Positions 1-11,729 of a DNA stretch of 36,614 nucleotides are shown here, one piece after another (within the stretch, counting starts at the first letter, position 1; each line of letters begins with the position of its first letter). The position numbers and the translations under genes were made by a program. Origin of the DNA: Octopus bimaculoides (lineage: Eukaryota); the NCBI RefSeq assembly GCF_001194135.2, contig NC_068982.1:102506025-102542638 (forward strand), read 5' to 3'. The notes under the pieces are model-generated. The model saw nothing but the letters and a program-made list of their open reading frames with translations. It was not told the origin of the DNA and searched no databases.

Positions 1-189
1 AAGCCGGAGAAAAATCAAAAACCTTTGGAAATAAACTCCAGAAGGAGCCACTTCCTATTACAAAACCCCAATAGGGTCGAAGTGTATAGACTTATACACC
101 TCTTCCACAAAAAATATTTTAAAACTGCAAAAGTTTTGACATATAAAAGGCCAACTTACTTGCGAGCCGATGTGACTAGCATCCGTCCA

Positions 190-193
190 GCAG

Positions 194-231
<38 letters not shown>
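190..231 (+). repeat. (GATA)n microsatellite
   Basis: Direct reading: gatagatagata... Similar (GATA)n tracts occur at ~15865-15928 and ~26236-26304. Confidence 0.95.
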
Positions 232-286
232 TCAAAAGTCAAACTTAATGAACAAAAAAACACACTAAAACGAAAAGGGAAGTAAG

Positions 287-317
<31 letters not shown>

Positions 318-1729
318 AATTATTATGCTATCAATTAACTTAGATGAAGTGTTGACAGCGTCGAACTGTATGTAAAGAGAGAAGTAATTCTTGAACTTTT
401 GTGTTCAAAATATCAGTATAAGATATCGCAGCAGTTAATTTAACACAAGAGACGTATAGCTTCCCCGCCTAACACTAAACCTGTTAACTTTAGGTCATGT
501 ATTTTCACTAATGACTTCTAAACGATTAGCACAACCTTCAGATTCTGATATTTTGTTAGACGTTGGTTTATTTGTTTTCGTTGTTGATTTAAGGTGGTTG
601 GTGGGGACTTTTTGTGCTTCTTCAAAATAATGTGGTTATGCACGAGCTTGAGATAAAATACAATAAAATATAAATTAGTTGCAACGAAAAATTACACTAT
701 AGACCAAAGTGCAAAACGTATCAATTAATTCAACGTTTCATACATTAAAGCTTAAATCTAAATTAATTGTAGTTTAATATCTAGAAGAAAAAAAATGTGT
801 ACGTGGAAAGGAGCCTGAAACGAAAGATCAACATTTCGACTTCACTAAACTTCATTTCATTTAGGTGCACTGAAGCCCTCATTTAATTATCTTTCTTTCA
901 AATCTGTTTAGATATACAGGATCAAACCGTTAATCGCAGGGATTCGTTTACTGGGCGTTTGTTTAGTATATTATCACAACGTCATGTATTAAATGCTACC
1001 GTAACTAATGTATCTCTACTTCATATGCATAATAATTATTTTATATTTTATATTTCATCAAATTGTATTCCCATTTAGTGCACCCTGGATAGATTATGTA
1101 GCACATTTTTATCTCTACCAAACTTTCTGCATTAGGTGATGTGATGAAGACAGTGTGCCTCCACATATTTCCAAATCCCCATGCACCTACTATACGCTTT
1201 AGCTAATATCTTCTATATATGTTTGTTATTTATTCATATGTATGTGTGTATATGCTGTGTGGTCTTTACGCAGTACTAGAAATTATGTAATTTTTTTGTT
1301 ACATCGACAATTCATAAACCCCGAGGAATACTTGACGCAGCCAAACATTCTTCACCACCACTACAGTCTTTCATCAACACCATCACAATCAGCACCAACT
1401 CCCAAACGACCAACAACAACAACAACAAAACATAGTATGAACAAGATAAGTAACTTCATCTAAAGTATAAAAACAATCACGAAATAAGGATGTATACCAG
1501 TATATTTTAAATTTGAATGAAATGTTCTTCGTCTTAGATCAACGAAGATTTGCTTGAGGCAAAGCAACGACGACAGTACAATTAACAAGAAAAGTATCAC
1601 CACCGCAACGACCAATGATACCCCCCCCCCAATTACCATTACCAACTTTTGAATAACCAATAGGAAATGACGGTTGTAGTATCAGCGTGATAGCAATGTC
1701 TGTAGCGTCCTATGCAGCACGTCAATACA

Positions 1730-1850
1730 AATGTGTGTGTGTGTGTGCGTGCGTGCGTGTGTGTGCGTGCGTCCGTGTGTGTGCGTGCGTGTATGCATGT
1801 GTGCGTGTGTGTATGCATGCGTGCGTGCGTGTATGTAGATGAGTGTGTGT

Positions 1851-1892
<42 letters not shown>

Positions 1893-1910
1893 GTGTGTGT
1901 GTGTGTGCGT
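1730..1910 (+). repeat. Compound (TG)n/(TGCG)n microsatellite
   Basis: Direct reading; explains the CV/HT-repeat ORFs at 1639-2050. Confidence 0.95.
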
Positions 1911-2045
1911 ATACGTGTATAGAGTTTTTACGGCTCATGTCAGAGCTGCTGGAAGTGAAGTACCCTTCAACTAACTGTAATCATAAAGTACACCCACCAC
2001 CACCACCTTTTCATCTTCTAAGTTTCCACAGACAGAAAGTCAACA

Positions 2046-2232
2046 TCTGATATTGTGGAACTTGCAAATTATGAAGGATTTGAAGAAGTCATAGAGAATA
2101 ATGTAGTTAAACTGCTAGTGTCCCATACAGAATGACAGATATAAAGATGAGATGATACTATTAGAAAAAAGGAAGAATACAGATGAAAATACAGAAATTC
2201 CACCAACTCCTCTTAAACTGACGGCAAAGAAT
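2046..2232 (+). mobile_element. Tigger/pogo-like DNA transposase C-terminal remnant
   Basis: Manual translation SDIVELANYEGFEEVIENNVVKLLVSHTE /frameshift/ DEMILLEKRKNTDENTEIPPTPLKLTAK resembles the pogo/Tigger C-terminal pattern IV.LA...GF.EV.E..V.ELL.SH.EEL..E.L.LE...KLT.K, recalled from memory. Confidence 0.55.
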
Positions 2233-2432
2233 AATAATACTTCAGGACCGTCACATATAGATAAAGGTCAGCAAGTTTTTTTGCTGATAACAACCTTAAC
2301 CGTGGATGTAACATAAAAATTACAGGAGTCTCATGACTAGTTTCACGTCCAAACTACCGAGCTGAAAGACTGAACCCGAAACCACAAGGTTCAGAAGTGA
2401 ACTTCTGGATTTCCGCTCTCTATCTTTAATAA

Positions 2433-2648
2433 TACTCTTTACTCTTACTCTTTTACTCTTTTATTTGTTTCAGTCATTTGACTGCGGCCATGCTGGAGCA
2501 CCGCATTTAGTCGAGCAAATCGACCCCGGGACTTATTCTTTGTAAGCCTAGTACTTATTCTATCGGTCTCTTTTGCCGAACAGCTAAGTGACGGGGACAT
2601 AAACACGCCAACATCAGTTGTCATGCGATGGTGGGGGGGACAAACACA

Positions 2649-2696
<48 letters not shown>

Positions 2697-2776
2697 NNNN
2701 NNNNNNNNNNNNNNNNNNNNNNNNNNNNNNNNNNNNNNNNNNNNNNNNNNNNNNNNNNNNNNNNNNNNNNNNNNNN

Positions 2777-2810
<34 letters not shown>

Positions 2811-2982
2811 CATATATACGACGGCCTTCTTTCAGTTTCCGTCAACCAAATCCACTCACAAGGCTTTGGTCGGCCCGAGGCTATAGTAGAAGACACTTTC
2901 CCAAGATGCCACGCAGTGGGACTGAACCAGGAACCATGTGGTTGATAAGCAAGCTACTTACCACACAGCCACTCCTGCGCCT
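2433..2982 (-). mobile_element. tRNA-derived SINE, family A (octopus OR/OK-like), full length with internal (CA)n/(TA)n and a gap
   Basis: Minus-strand head AGGCGCAGGAG-TGGCTGTGTGG (A box, plus 2961-2971) ... GGTTCAGTCCC (B box, plus 2918-2928); 3' tail GACTGAAACAAATAAAAGAGTAAAAGAG. Homologous to copies at 3015, 9661 and 34061. Confidence 0.9.
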
Positions 2983-3014
2983 ATATATATCTTTATTTTA
3001 TCATTTATCTTTAA

Positions 3015-3446
3015 CATGCTTTAATCATTGGTCTATAGCCCTGCATGGGTGCCGCCTTTAACTCTTTAGTCGAACAAATCGACCCTACTACTCTTTTAGT
3101 ACTTGTGCTATCGTTTTCTTTTTGCCAAACCGCTAAGTTACGTGAAGGTAAACAAACCAACACCCAATGTCAAGCGGTGAAATACACGCAAAATGCAGAC
3201 ACACACAGACGTGTATATATGGATGTCTGTGTGCGTGTGTTTGTGTGTGTGTGTGCCTATGTCTATTTATGTATATATGTATATGAAGGGCTTCAATACA
3301 GTTTCCGTTAACCAAGTTCATTGAAAAGGCATTGGTCGCCCTTCTATAGTAGATGACAATTGCTCAAGTTGCCGCTCAGTGGAAATGAACACGAAATTAC
3401 CTTGTTGTAAAGTGAGCTTCTTATTCACACCGCCATGACTGCGCCT
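3015..3446 (-). mobile_element. tRNA-derived SINE, family A, diverged copy
   Basis: Colinear with 2433-2982: tttagtcgaacaaatcgacc, ttttgccaaaccgctaagttacg, cagtttccgttaaccaa, ctatagtagatgaca, head ...actgcgcct. Confidence 0.85.
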
Positions 3447-4654
3447 ATAATACATATATATGTGAATGTGTGTGTGTGTGTGCTTGCGTGCGTGCGTACA
3501 TATGTGTGTACATATATCTAAATATTTTACAGATTGTCTTTAAGATTCTCGCATTTCTACTCCGACAGCTGCGTAAAACTAAGATATGGATTTAATCAGA
3601 TAGTTACGCCATGAATGTGTAACCCGCTCTCTTATCATATGAATGAACATATATGGTAGCATCTATATATATATAAGTGTATATTTGTCAGTAAACAATG
3701 TTATAAAAATAGCTATTTTTTCACCTTTAGTTTATGGCCGTGAATTTTATATTCTTTTAACATTAAGCCTTCGTACCGATCTGAAAATTATATTTTCTGC
3801 TTCGTTATTTATGGCTTTTAAAGATTTTGACAGCGAGGGATCATATTAAGAATACGTGTGTTTGTGTGTAAACGTATGCACGTGTGTGTATTTATATACC
3901 TATACGTATACATACATACACACACACAAACACACACATATATAACTTTATATATATATATAGATAGATATAGATGTGTGCTTATATATATCTGTCTCTA
4001 TCTGTTTATATATATATATATATATGCATAAACAGATAGGAAAAGATAGATTGCGTATGCACTTGTACGTTAAAGATATATAACTGATATTTTTATTAGT
4101 TGTACACATATATTACATAGTCGTAGTGTATATGTATTCCTATAGAAACATACGTATAATACCTAACGCATCTCATACAATCAGTTTCAATGGACTGGCA
4201 TTTAAAATCGAAAACTGTTAAAAGGAAAAGATGACACATATAGGAAAGAAGGAAGTGAGGAAGAAAGGAAGAAAGAAAGAAAGAAATAAAGAAATAAAGA
4301 AAGGGAGAAAGAGTTGGAGTAGGAGAAGAAGAAAAAGAATTGGACAAGGAGGAAATTGCACAGGACGCGGTTGTCTTTCTTCTCCTTTTAATTTATATGC
4401 ATAACCTCTTCAATTTGTAAACTATCAATAATATATCCCTCCCACCTCATTATCTTCCTCTCTCTTTCTTTCCCTCACTTTCGATCTGCTTCTCTTACCC
4501 TCTCTCTTTCTCTCTCTCTCTCTCGTTTTGTTTCTCTCCCTCCCTCTCTGTGCGTGTATGCATCTATATATCTACCTCAGTAACGCTCTCTCTTTCATCG
4601 CCTCAGATCACTGTCCTATCCAAGAACAATGTTACCACCGACATCGCGAAAACT

Positions 4655-4698
4655 AGCACCACCACCACCACCACCACTAGCTTCTCTCCACCACCACC

Positions 4699-4752
<54 letters not shown>

Positions 4753-4771
4753 GCTGCTACTACTACTACTG

Positions 4772-4816
<45 letters not shown>

Positions 4817-4980
4817 ACCACGACTACTATTACAAATTAGACTAATACTGTTACTACCACTATTGCTGCAGTTAACACCACTTCGTCTACAATTACGACT
4901 ACAACTACACCTTATACAGCTACTCGTACTCGTACACCACCACCACCACCACCACCACTACTACTACTACTACTACCTTT
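4655..4980 (+). repeat. Mixed (CAC)n/(TAC)n trinucleotide arrays
   Basis: Direct reading; source of the polyL/polyS/polyY ORFs. Confidence 0.95.
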
Positions 4981-5059
4981 AGAAAGCATTGGTCTCTTTT
5001 TTTGTCTTGTACATAGTAGAATAGTTTATGTGTATAGGTTAATGGTTCCGTCTTACTGG

Positions 5060-5150
5060 TCGTTACTGTCAGTTTCTTGGCCTGCTTTTATTGCTGTTTC
5101 CTTGAAATGGTTCAAGGCATCTGCCACAAGTATTTCCCTTCAAGTTATAA
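5060..5150 (-). mobile_element. Possible Ty3/Gypsy RNase H-end fragment
   Basis: Minus translation NLTVIT*REILVADALNHF resembles the Gypsy motif YDL.I.Y.PGKEMLVADALS; short and stop-containing. Confidence 0.25.
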
Positions 5151-5224
5151 CTGTCAGATTTACTGAGTTTTACATGAATGCCTCACCCTGCCTTCCTTCC
5201 ACGTACACACACACACACGCTCGC

Positions 5225-5282
<58 letters not shown>

Positions 5283-5407
5283 TCTCTCTCTCTCTTTCCT
5301 TCTCTCTCACTTCCCTTTCTCTCTTTTCTCTCTGTCTCTTTCTCCCTTTCTCTCTCCTTCCCTCTCTCATTCTCTCTATCCCTCTCTCTTTCTCTCCCTC
5401 TCTGTCT

Positions 5408-5445
<38 letters not shown>

Positions 5446-5657
5446 CAGTCTCTCTTTCTCTCTCTTTATCTCTCTCTCTCCCACTCACACACACACACGC
5501 TCCTTCACTCACTCACTCACTCACTCACTCATTCTCTCTGTGTGTCTCTCTCTTTCTTTCTCTCTCTCTCACCTTTCTCTCTTTTTCTCTCTCTCCGTTT
5601 CTCTCTGTCTCTTTCTCCCTTTCTCTCTCCTTCCCTCTCTCATTCTTTCTCGCCCTG

Positions 5658-5702
<45 letters not shown>

Positions 5703-5845
5703 CAGTCTCTCTTTCTCTCTCTCACTCACACACGTACACATGCACACACAGGAAGACACACAGACAATCGCACATCATACACATTCCTCGCAATTACATG
5801 TGTACGCATATCAGGCATTCTCACAATCTCACTCCCGCACAAACG

Positions 5846-5900
<55 letters not shown>
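5225..5900 (+). repeat. (CT)n-rich low-complexity block with an internal ~260-275 bp duplication, followed by (CA)n
   Basis: Unique anchors repeat: ctgtctctttctccctttctctctccttccctctctcattct at ~5332 and ~5605; ctgaatcagtctctctttctc at ~5440 and ~5697. Confidence 0.85.
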
Positions 5901-5902
<2 letters not shown>

Positions 5903-7175
5903 ATTGACGCACTCAGACCTTTGCCACTGAAACGGGGACCATTCGTTTATAAAATATACAAATAATATACAGATAATAAATAAATAATATTTAAGAAAAA
6001 AAAAGACACATTGAGTATTGATGGTGACGGGGAGAATTTAGAATTTTTTCTATCTTTACTTTCACTTTCTCTATTCCTTTTTAGCACAGTAAGTAAATGC
6101 GCTATTATGTTTTGTGAAAGGGAAAAATCTATGGAGATCCTAGCTTTGAAGACCTTATACCATCCGTCTTACACCATACAACAAATCAACATCATCACCA
6201 CTTTTACTATCAACAATAGCCATGCCATTCATCAGTCACTTCCTCATTTCGGCTATGGGAAATATTTTTACACTTACTTACATTTACATCTTCGACCCCC
6301 CCCCCCCCATAGTCGACTGCAACCTTTTTTTCTTTTCTTTTCTTTTCATCTACACTTCTCGCACTTCGCTGGAGTGGGGTAGGGTCACTGATACCTATAC
6401 TTTATCCTTCAACTCTGTACCTCAGCAATTCCCTTTTAGCGCTGGGATCTGTTTTGCTACTTTAGTAATGTTCTGATGTTCAGAGTACTTTTCACGTATT
6501 TGCATCTTTATGGATATATGTGATTTTTCGATGACTTTGTTGAAATTGCCAGATGTGTACATGGTGAGATCAATTTTCCTCGTGACATCAAGTGTTAGTC
6601 GCAAAACACTGATCCATTGGCTTCAAAGGAAGAATGTAGGAGCCCCCTCTTCGTAGTTGATAAATATGTTGCCTTATTTATCATTTCATCATCATGCTTA
6701 CTTATCATAATCACCTATTTATCTATCTACATACCTACATACATACATAACTTCCAGAAGTTTATCATTTAAATATATATGAGCATGTATAGATATGCAA
6801 CTATATGAATGAGAATACATACATAAAGCAAAACATACAAATTTGCACATATACATACATACATACAAAAATACCCTGTCGTTGATGTTGAAATTCCAAT
6901 GAAGGAACCTTGGATCTAGGTTAGAAATTGGGTCATTCTATATTGGCAAGAAATCTTGAAATAAAACTGAAACTTGAAATAATACTTTATTAATTTTCTC
7001 ATCTTATTATAATAAATTAATATATATATAAACCACGGTTTACATAGTTACCTTGCAGTTGAGTATTAACAGTAATGTTCAGTAGTCTTTGTATAGTTAA
7101 CTAACCAGTACTTTCATAGGATCTTGGTATCCCTAAATGAGGTTTGTAACCTTTATTTGTGATTCTATTTTATAC

Positions 7176-7231
<56 letters not shown>

Positions 7232-7235
<4 letters not shown>

Positions 7236-7730
7236 GTCTCACTCTCCCCTCTTTCTCTTTTTTCTCTCATTGCTCACACGTGACAATCGTCTATCTTTCT
7301 TTCCTCGGGTGACCATCTTTATTTTCCTGCAAGGACGTTCAAAGGACTGGAGGTTTTCTTTCTCTTCTATCTTTCTCTTTTCAAAGAAAATATTTCTCCC
7401 ACCGTTCACTATTTTCCTCTCGTTCTGGTCTAACGACCCCCAATGCATGTTTTCGTTCTGTTTCCTTGTATGCCTCCACTGTCCTGTTTTTGTTCCCAAT
7501 TTTGACCATTCATAAATTCTAAATTTTACTTTAGAATTTATGGGAGCAGGTGTCTTTGAAGACTCATTGTCGTTGAATGCTCGAAATGAGGAGTAGATAT
7601 ACAGCCGACAACTGATGAAGGATTAATCTCTGAGTTTACTTGTCCTGTTTTCCAATTTTTTCTCTCGTTATTTGCGTATTCAACTCATGTGTTTGCGTAT
7701 TTCACATTTTTTACACAGTTGGCGACGTCC
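7232..7730 (+). repeat. Unclassified interspersed repeat, possibly a PLE-type terminus
   Basis: Pyrimidine-rich body, a perfect 13-bp hairpin at 7511-7542, then TTGAAGA...GAAA (7556-7586) and CTGATGA (7612-7618). It is bracketed by (TA)n tracts. Confidence 0.35.
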
Positions 7731-7742
7731 TATAGCAATATA

Positions 7743-7778
<36 letters not shown>

Positions 7779-7856
7779 CATATATATATTATTTATATTA
7801 TGTCTATTTAATTGAACACCACGAATCCATTTCCAAATAAGTTTATCTTATATATG

Positions 7857-7912
<56 letters not shown>

Positions 7913-7957
7913 TGTGTGTGTATGTATGTATGTATCTATGTGTGTGTGTGCGTGTGT

Positions 7958-8604
7958 ATAATGTTAATAATAAATGCGAAAGCGAATGCTAGTGTGTCAG
8001 TGCGTCTCACTTTTTCAACTTTACTCTTCCGACCCCCTCTCTCATTATTCAATGACACTTCTACTTTTCCTCATGCTGCTTTACCGCTCTTTCACTATTC
8101 AAGGATTCTTCTACTATTCTTCATTCTTGGTTTTATTTTCTTAATCCTATTTTCACGTTTAACGTGGTTAACAGTAGTGTAATGTTCCTTCAAACTACAA
8201 AGAAGCAGTTTAGATACGTACCTGCTACTACAAATAATTGTTTGTACGAAAAGTAAGGCCCTATGTACATCAAATTGTCTTTAAATTAAGGTGGCAGAAG
8301 AATTATCGTTGGACGTTTAAAGGGTAAGCTTATTGTTTCCTACAGCCAGCTTTATGCTGGTTGTTCAAGGGTAGGGAATGAAAACCATCTATTCGTACTG
8401 ACCCCGAATGGGAAGACAAAAAATATTGTTGATGATGCAGCTTTGCAATAAGATCCAAGTCGACAAATTACATCATTGTTTTGATGAAAATTGTTCATTA
8501 CTTGAAAAATATTGTTCAGGTTTAATAAAATTTAACATGTACTCAATGCCTGAAGTGATATTGTTGGGCCCAAGGCCCAATGAAGAGCCCTCCACAGCAG
8601 CTAG
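7958..8604 (+). mobile_element. Internally deleted (non-autonomous) Helitron with a Pif1-helicase C-terminal remnant
   Basis: 8305-8451 translates IVGRLKGKLIVSYSQLYAGCSRVGNENHLFVLTPNGKTKNIVDDAALQ*, matching the Helitron RepHel end (..FSHGQLYVACSRVG....LFV..P.GKTKNIVY..AL*). 3' hairpin TTGGGCC-CAA-GGCCCAA (8564-8580) is followed by CTAG (8601-8604). The 5' part has AATAATAAATGCGAAAG, similar to Helitron 5' ends. Confidence 0.7.
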
Positions 8605-8687
8605 CTTAAAATATGCCTATAGCTGCCCTATCAAGCAGGTTTTAAGTTTATTCAATTCAATGAACAAACAATTCAAAAGATGAATAA

Positions 8688-8949
8688 AAAACGAAAAGAG
8701 AAAAAAAACGAACCCGAGAACCTGCATAGGGATTATATTAGTTTGACGCTCGATGAAGAGAGGGAGTTTTTAACGTTTCGAACATGGCTCTCCGTCGGAA
8801 AAGAGAAAAGGAAAAGTCGAAAGAAGAATCAGGAAAATCGTCAACAGCACACGTGTGGTTACATTCCTGAAGTGACCGGAAGTGGAAAGAGATAGAGAAA
8901 GTGGATTTGGGGGACAGGAGACTGTGAAATTTAGTCAGTGTGTGTGCGT

Positions 8950-8982
<33 letters not shown>

Positions 8983-9130
8983 TGTTAGTAGCGTGTGTAA
9001 CTCTGTGTGTGTTTGTGTGTGTTGTTTGTGAGTCTGTGCGTGGAGTGTTGTGTTTAGAGAGTGTTGTGTGCGTGGTGTGCTGTGTATGGAGGTACATGTG
9101 TGTTCGTGTGTGTGCGTGTGCTATGTGTGT
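8688..9130 (-). mobile_element. Orphan 3' terminus (pseudo-LTR) of a Penelope-like element with a hammerhead-like motif
   Basis: Reverse complement aligns with the end of the PLE at 33290-33430 (GAGC...TCGAAACGTTAAA...CGAGCGT(C/T)AAAC(T/C)AATA). It is preceded by a CA-rich tract, as in that element. Confidence 0.6.
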
Positions 9131-9157
9131 TTGAGTGCATATATATATATATATATC

Positions 9158-9191
<34 letters not shown>

Positions 9192-9312
9192 CCTAAATCA
9201 ATAAAGCTAATATCAGCTAACATGCATAAATTCAAAGAAATCATTTCCACATCTCCAAACCATACCATGAAACCACGTTATATCGTTATAATAGAAGGTG
9301 GCTTAAAATAAC

Positions 9313-9420
9313 ATGCTTTCACCAACACACCACTCTATGTGGATATGCAGAACAAGCATACGGTAATGTCAAATTACATTTGGCATTTAAATAACCATGA
9401 TACAAATCCGAGAGCCATGC
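9313..9420 (+). mobile_element. Possible degraded Penelope-type GIY-YIG fragment
   Basis: HAFTN...KHTVMSNYIWHLNNHDTNP loosely resembles the Penelope motif T.LS.YIW.LK; only one motif is visible. Confidence 0.25.
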
Positions 9421-9660
9421 AAGCATCATTGGGACAAGAAGATGTAATTCCGTGAATTATTTGACATTGGTTAAGTCGACGAATTGGGAAGGAGATTAGA
9501 GCTAATATAGAACATTTTGCAATATTTCTTTTTGATTTCTATACTCTGTATTCAAGTTTCACCGAAATCATCCTTTCGAAATCGATCAGGATAATATTGA
9601 AAGAATACCCTCAAAATATTTACAGACCTTACAATTGCTATTTTCAGGGTCGTTTCAACA

Positions 9661-10072
9661 TTTATTCTTATCTTTTATCTTTTTCTTAATTCATTCATTT
9701 GACTACGACGATGCTGGGGCACCTCATTCAAGGATTTCAGAAAAATAAATCAACCACAGTAATTATTTGTTAACTATGATATTTCTAACAGTCTTTTCTT
9801 TTTCCGAACCACTAAGTTTCGGAAACTTAACAAACCAACCCCGGATATCAATTGGTAGGCGGCAAACACAAATATAAATACACACACGCATGCTAATGTG
9901 TATTATACGGAGGACTTCCTCATAGTTTTCGTCTACAAAAAAAAAACACTCGCAGGGCACCGGCGGCTCAGTATTATAGTAGTAGACACTTATTTAAGGA
10001 GCTACATAATGGGACTGACCTCGAAACCATGCGGTCGTAAAGCAAGCTTCTATACCACACAGCCTGTGTCTG
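9661..10072 (-). mobile_element. tRNA-derived SINE, family A, old copy
   Basis: Colinear with 2433-2982: tcatttgactacgacgatgctggggcacc, ttttccgaaccactaagt, tatagtagtagacac, gggactgacctcgaaaccatg, taccacacagcc. Confidence 0.8.
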
Positions 10073-10859
10073 TAGATAATCTGTCAATCTTTTTACATAA
10101 ATGGTTTATTACGAAATTTACAAATATTAAGGGTTGTAAAATCCCGAATCTATTCGTGTTTTAAGAAGATCTTTATAAATGTGAATTGAAGTGTTACCAG
10201 ACACAAATTTAGCTGAAGGAAATGCGAATGAACTTGATATGCGCGAAAGAATAGTAATTTTAAATACTATACCTTTTTTTCACGTTTCGCTTTTATACTT
10301 AGGTATTTTTTTACATTTATTTTTAGTCATTTAGTCATTCATAAACTTCTCATATATTCTTGTTAAATAAGAAGAAGCAAAAGATGCTTTATCTTTGCAG
10401 AAACGGTGCGGTGCTGTGCTTAAATAACACTTAATACATTCGTAATCAGTTAAGTAGTACAATGACACGAATAATGTAAATGGATTATAAAGATGACGGC
10501 AGGTTAAGTAGCAAGCAGTGAGACGAATCAATTGAAGCAAGCCTGCTTTGCAAGTGTCAATGAGTACAATTTCATATCTATCGAGAAGTATACATATTCT
10601 TAATATAGCTACTGAAGAAAACAGTGATACTGGTGTATCATTGTACAATGGTATTTCGGTAGAGATGTTGTTATATGTTTAGTAATTGTTTAGTTGCTTA
10701 TTCACTTCTTTGATATTTTAGATTCTTTCTATTATCACTAGATACGCTTTCTTTTAACTCCAGAAACTTGTTCATTGATATACACTTTATCAGCGTCTTG
10801 ATATTTAAGAAGGTGTATTAAAATGATCGCGATAATGAGGATAGCGTGGAGGAAGACAA

Positions 10860-10926
10860 TGCTGTTGCTGTTGATGCTGCTGCTGATGCTGCTGCTGTTG
10901 GTGATGATGATGATGATGACGACGAC

Positions 10927-10980
<54 letters not shown>

Positions 10981-11055
10981 GACGACGACAATGATGACGA
11001 CGATGACGCTGATGATGACTATGTTGTTGATAAGGAGGAGGATTATGATTATGAA
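10860..11055 (+). repeat. (GCT)n/(GAT)n/(GAC)n trinucleotide microsatellite
   Basis: Direct reading; source of the polyD/polyM/polyI ORFs. Confidence 0.95.
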
Positions 11056-11586
11056 GAATTTCTGATATTTGCCACAGAAGTATTGGATAATAGGGACATT
11101 AATATGGCAGGTTTCAATATGCAGGGTTTTGTATAAAATCAAGTGGGGAAAGAAAGAAAGGCGAAATGTGATAAAAAGTATACATATACAAAATATATGA
11201 ATACGTAGATGATATAATTCTCTGAATACAGAACATCTTTCAACTAGAGCTTATCAAGGAACCTTGATGATTCTAGATCACTGTGACCAGCAATAATACG
11301 TGCCATCTCCCAAATGTTGTCCTCCGATTTATGGACACATGCTTTGAATACTTCAAGTCACTTAAATCATTGTCGTCAGTCGACCTTCTTGAGAAAAATT
11401 CATAAGGGGAAAGTAATTCCTTCTCCACCCATCCGCCCCCACCATCACAACTATCCTTTTTTTCCAAGCGGGGGTTGACCGAAAACGAACGTATCGGTCT
11501 GCAATTCCTTCAGCCTCGTCCATTAGCTTCCAGACACAGGAAAAACTGCCTGCCCAGCACTATTAAAGATGGACACGATCTGAACA

Positions 11587-11657
11587 ATGGACTCTATCGA
11601 TAGCCGATCTGACCTACAAGTGACAGCAGCTGTTCGACGTCACTCCCCCAAGTCAGC
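11587..11657 (+). CDS. Candidate first coding exon (MDSIDSRSDLQVTAAVRRHSPKS-A); putative exon 11469-11657, product unknown
   Basis: Acceptor-like ctatccttttttttccaag|C at 11468/9; ATG in strong context (aacaATGG); open frame to donor AGC|GTGAGT at 11657/8; GC content raised above the flanks. No downstream exon identified and no homology recognised. Confidence 0.3.
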
Positions 11658-11729
11658 GTGAGTTCAGGCAATGTTTCTAACATAGGTGCTGTTAAAAAGT
11701 TGGAGGAAAGGCTTTTTCGATTAACTTAC

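Noticed and set aside
6422-6604. 60-aa minus ORF MRLTLDVTRKIDLTMYTSGNF...
   Set aside because: Non-ATG start, stop before the nearest donor, and no homology recognised.
6895-6945. CCAATGA-AGG-AACCT/AGGTT-A-GAAA hammerhead-like layout in a repeat
   Set aside because: Two core substitutions, helix II out of register and no GUH site; too weak.
10846-11136. Acidic polyD ORF (and polyM/polyI frames)
   Set aside because: Translation of a (GAT)n microsatellite; no splice or homology support.
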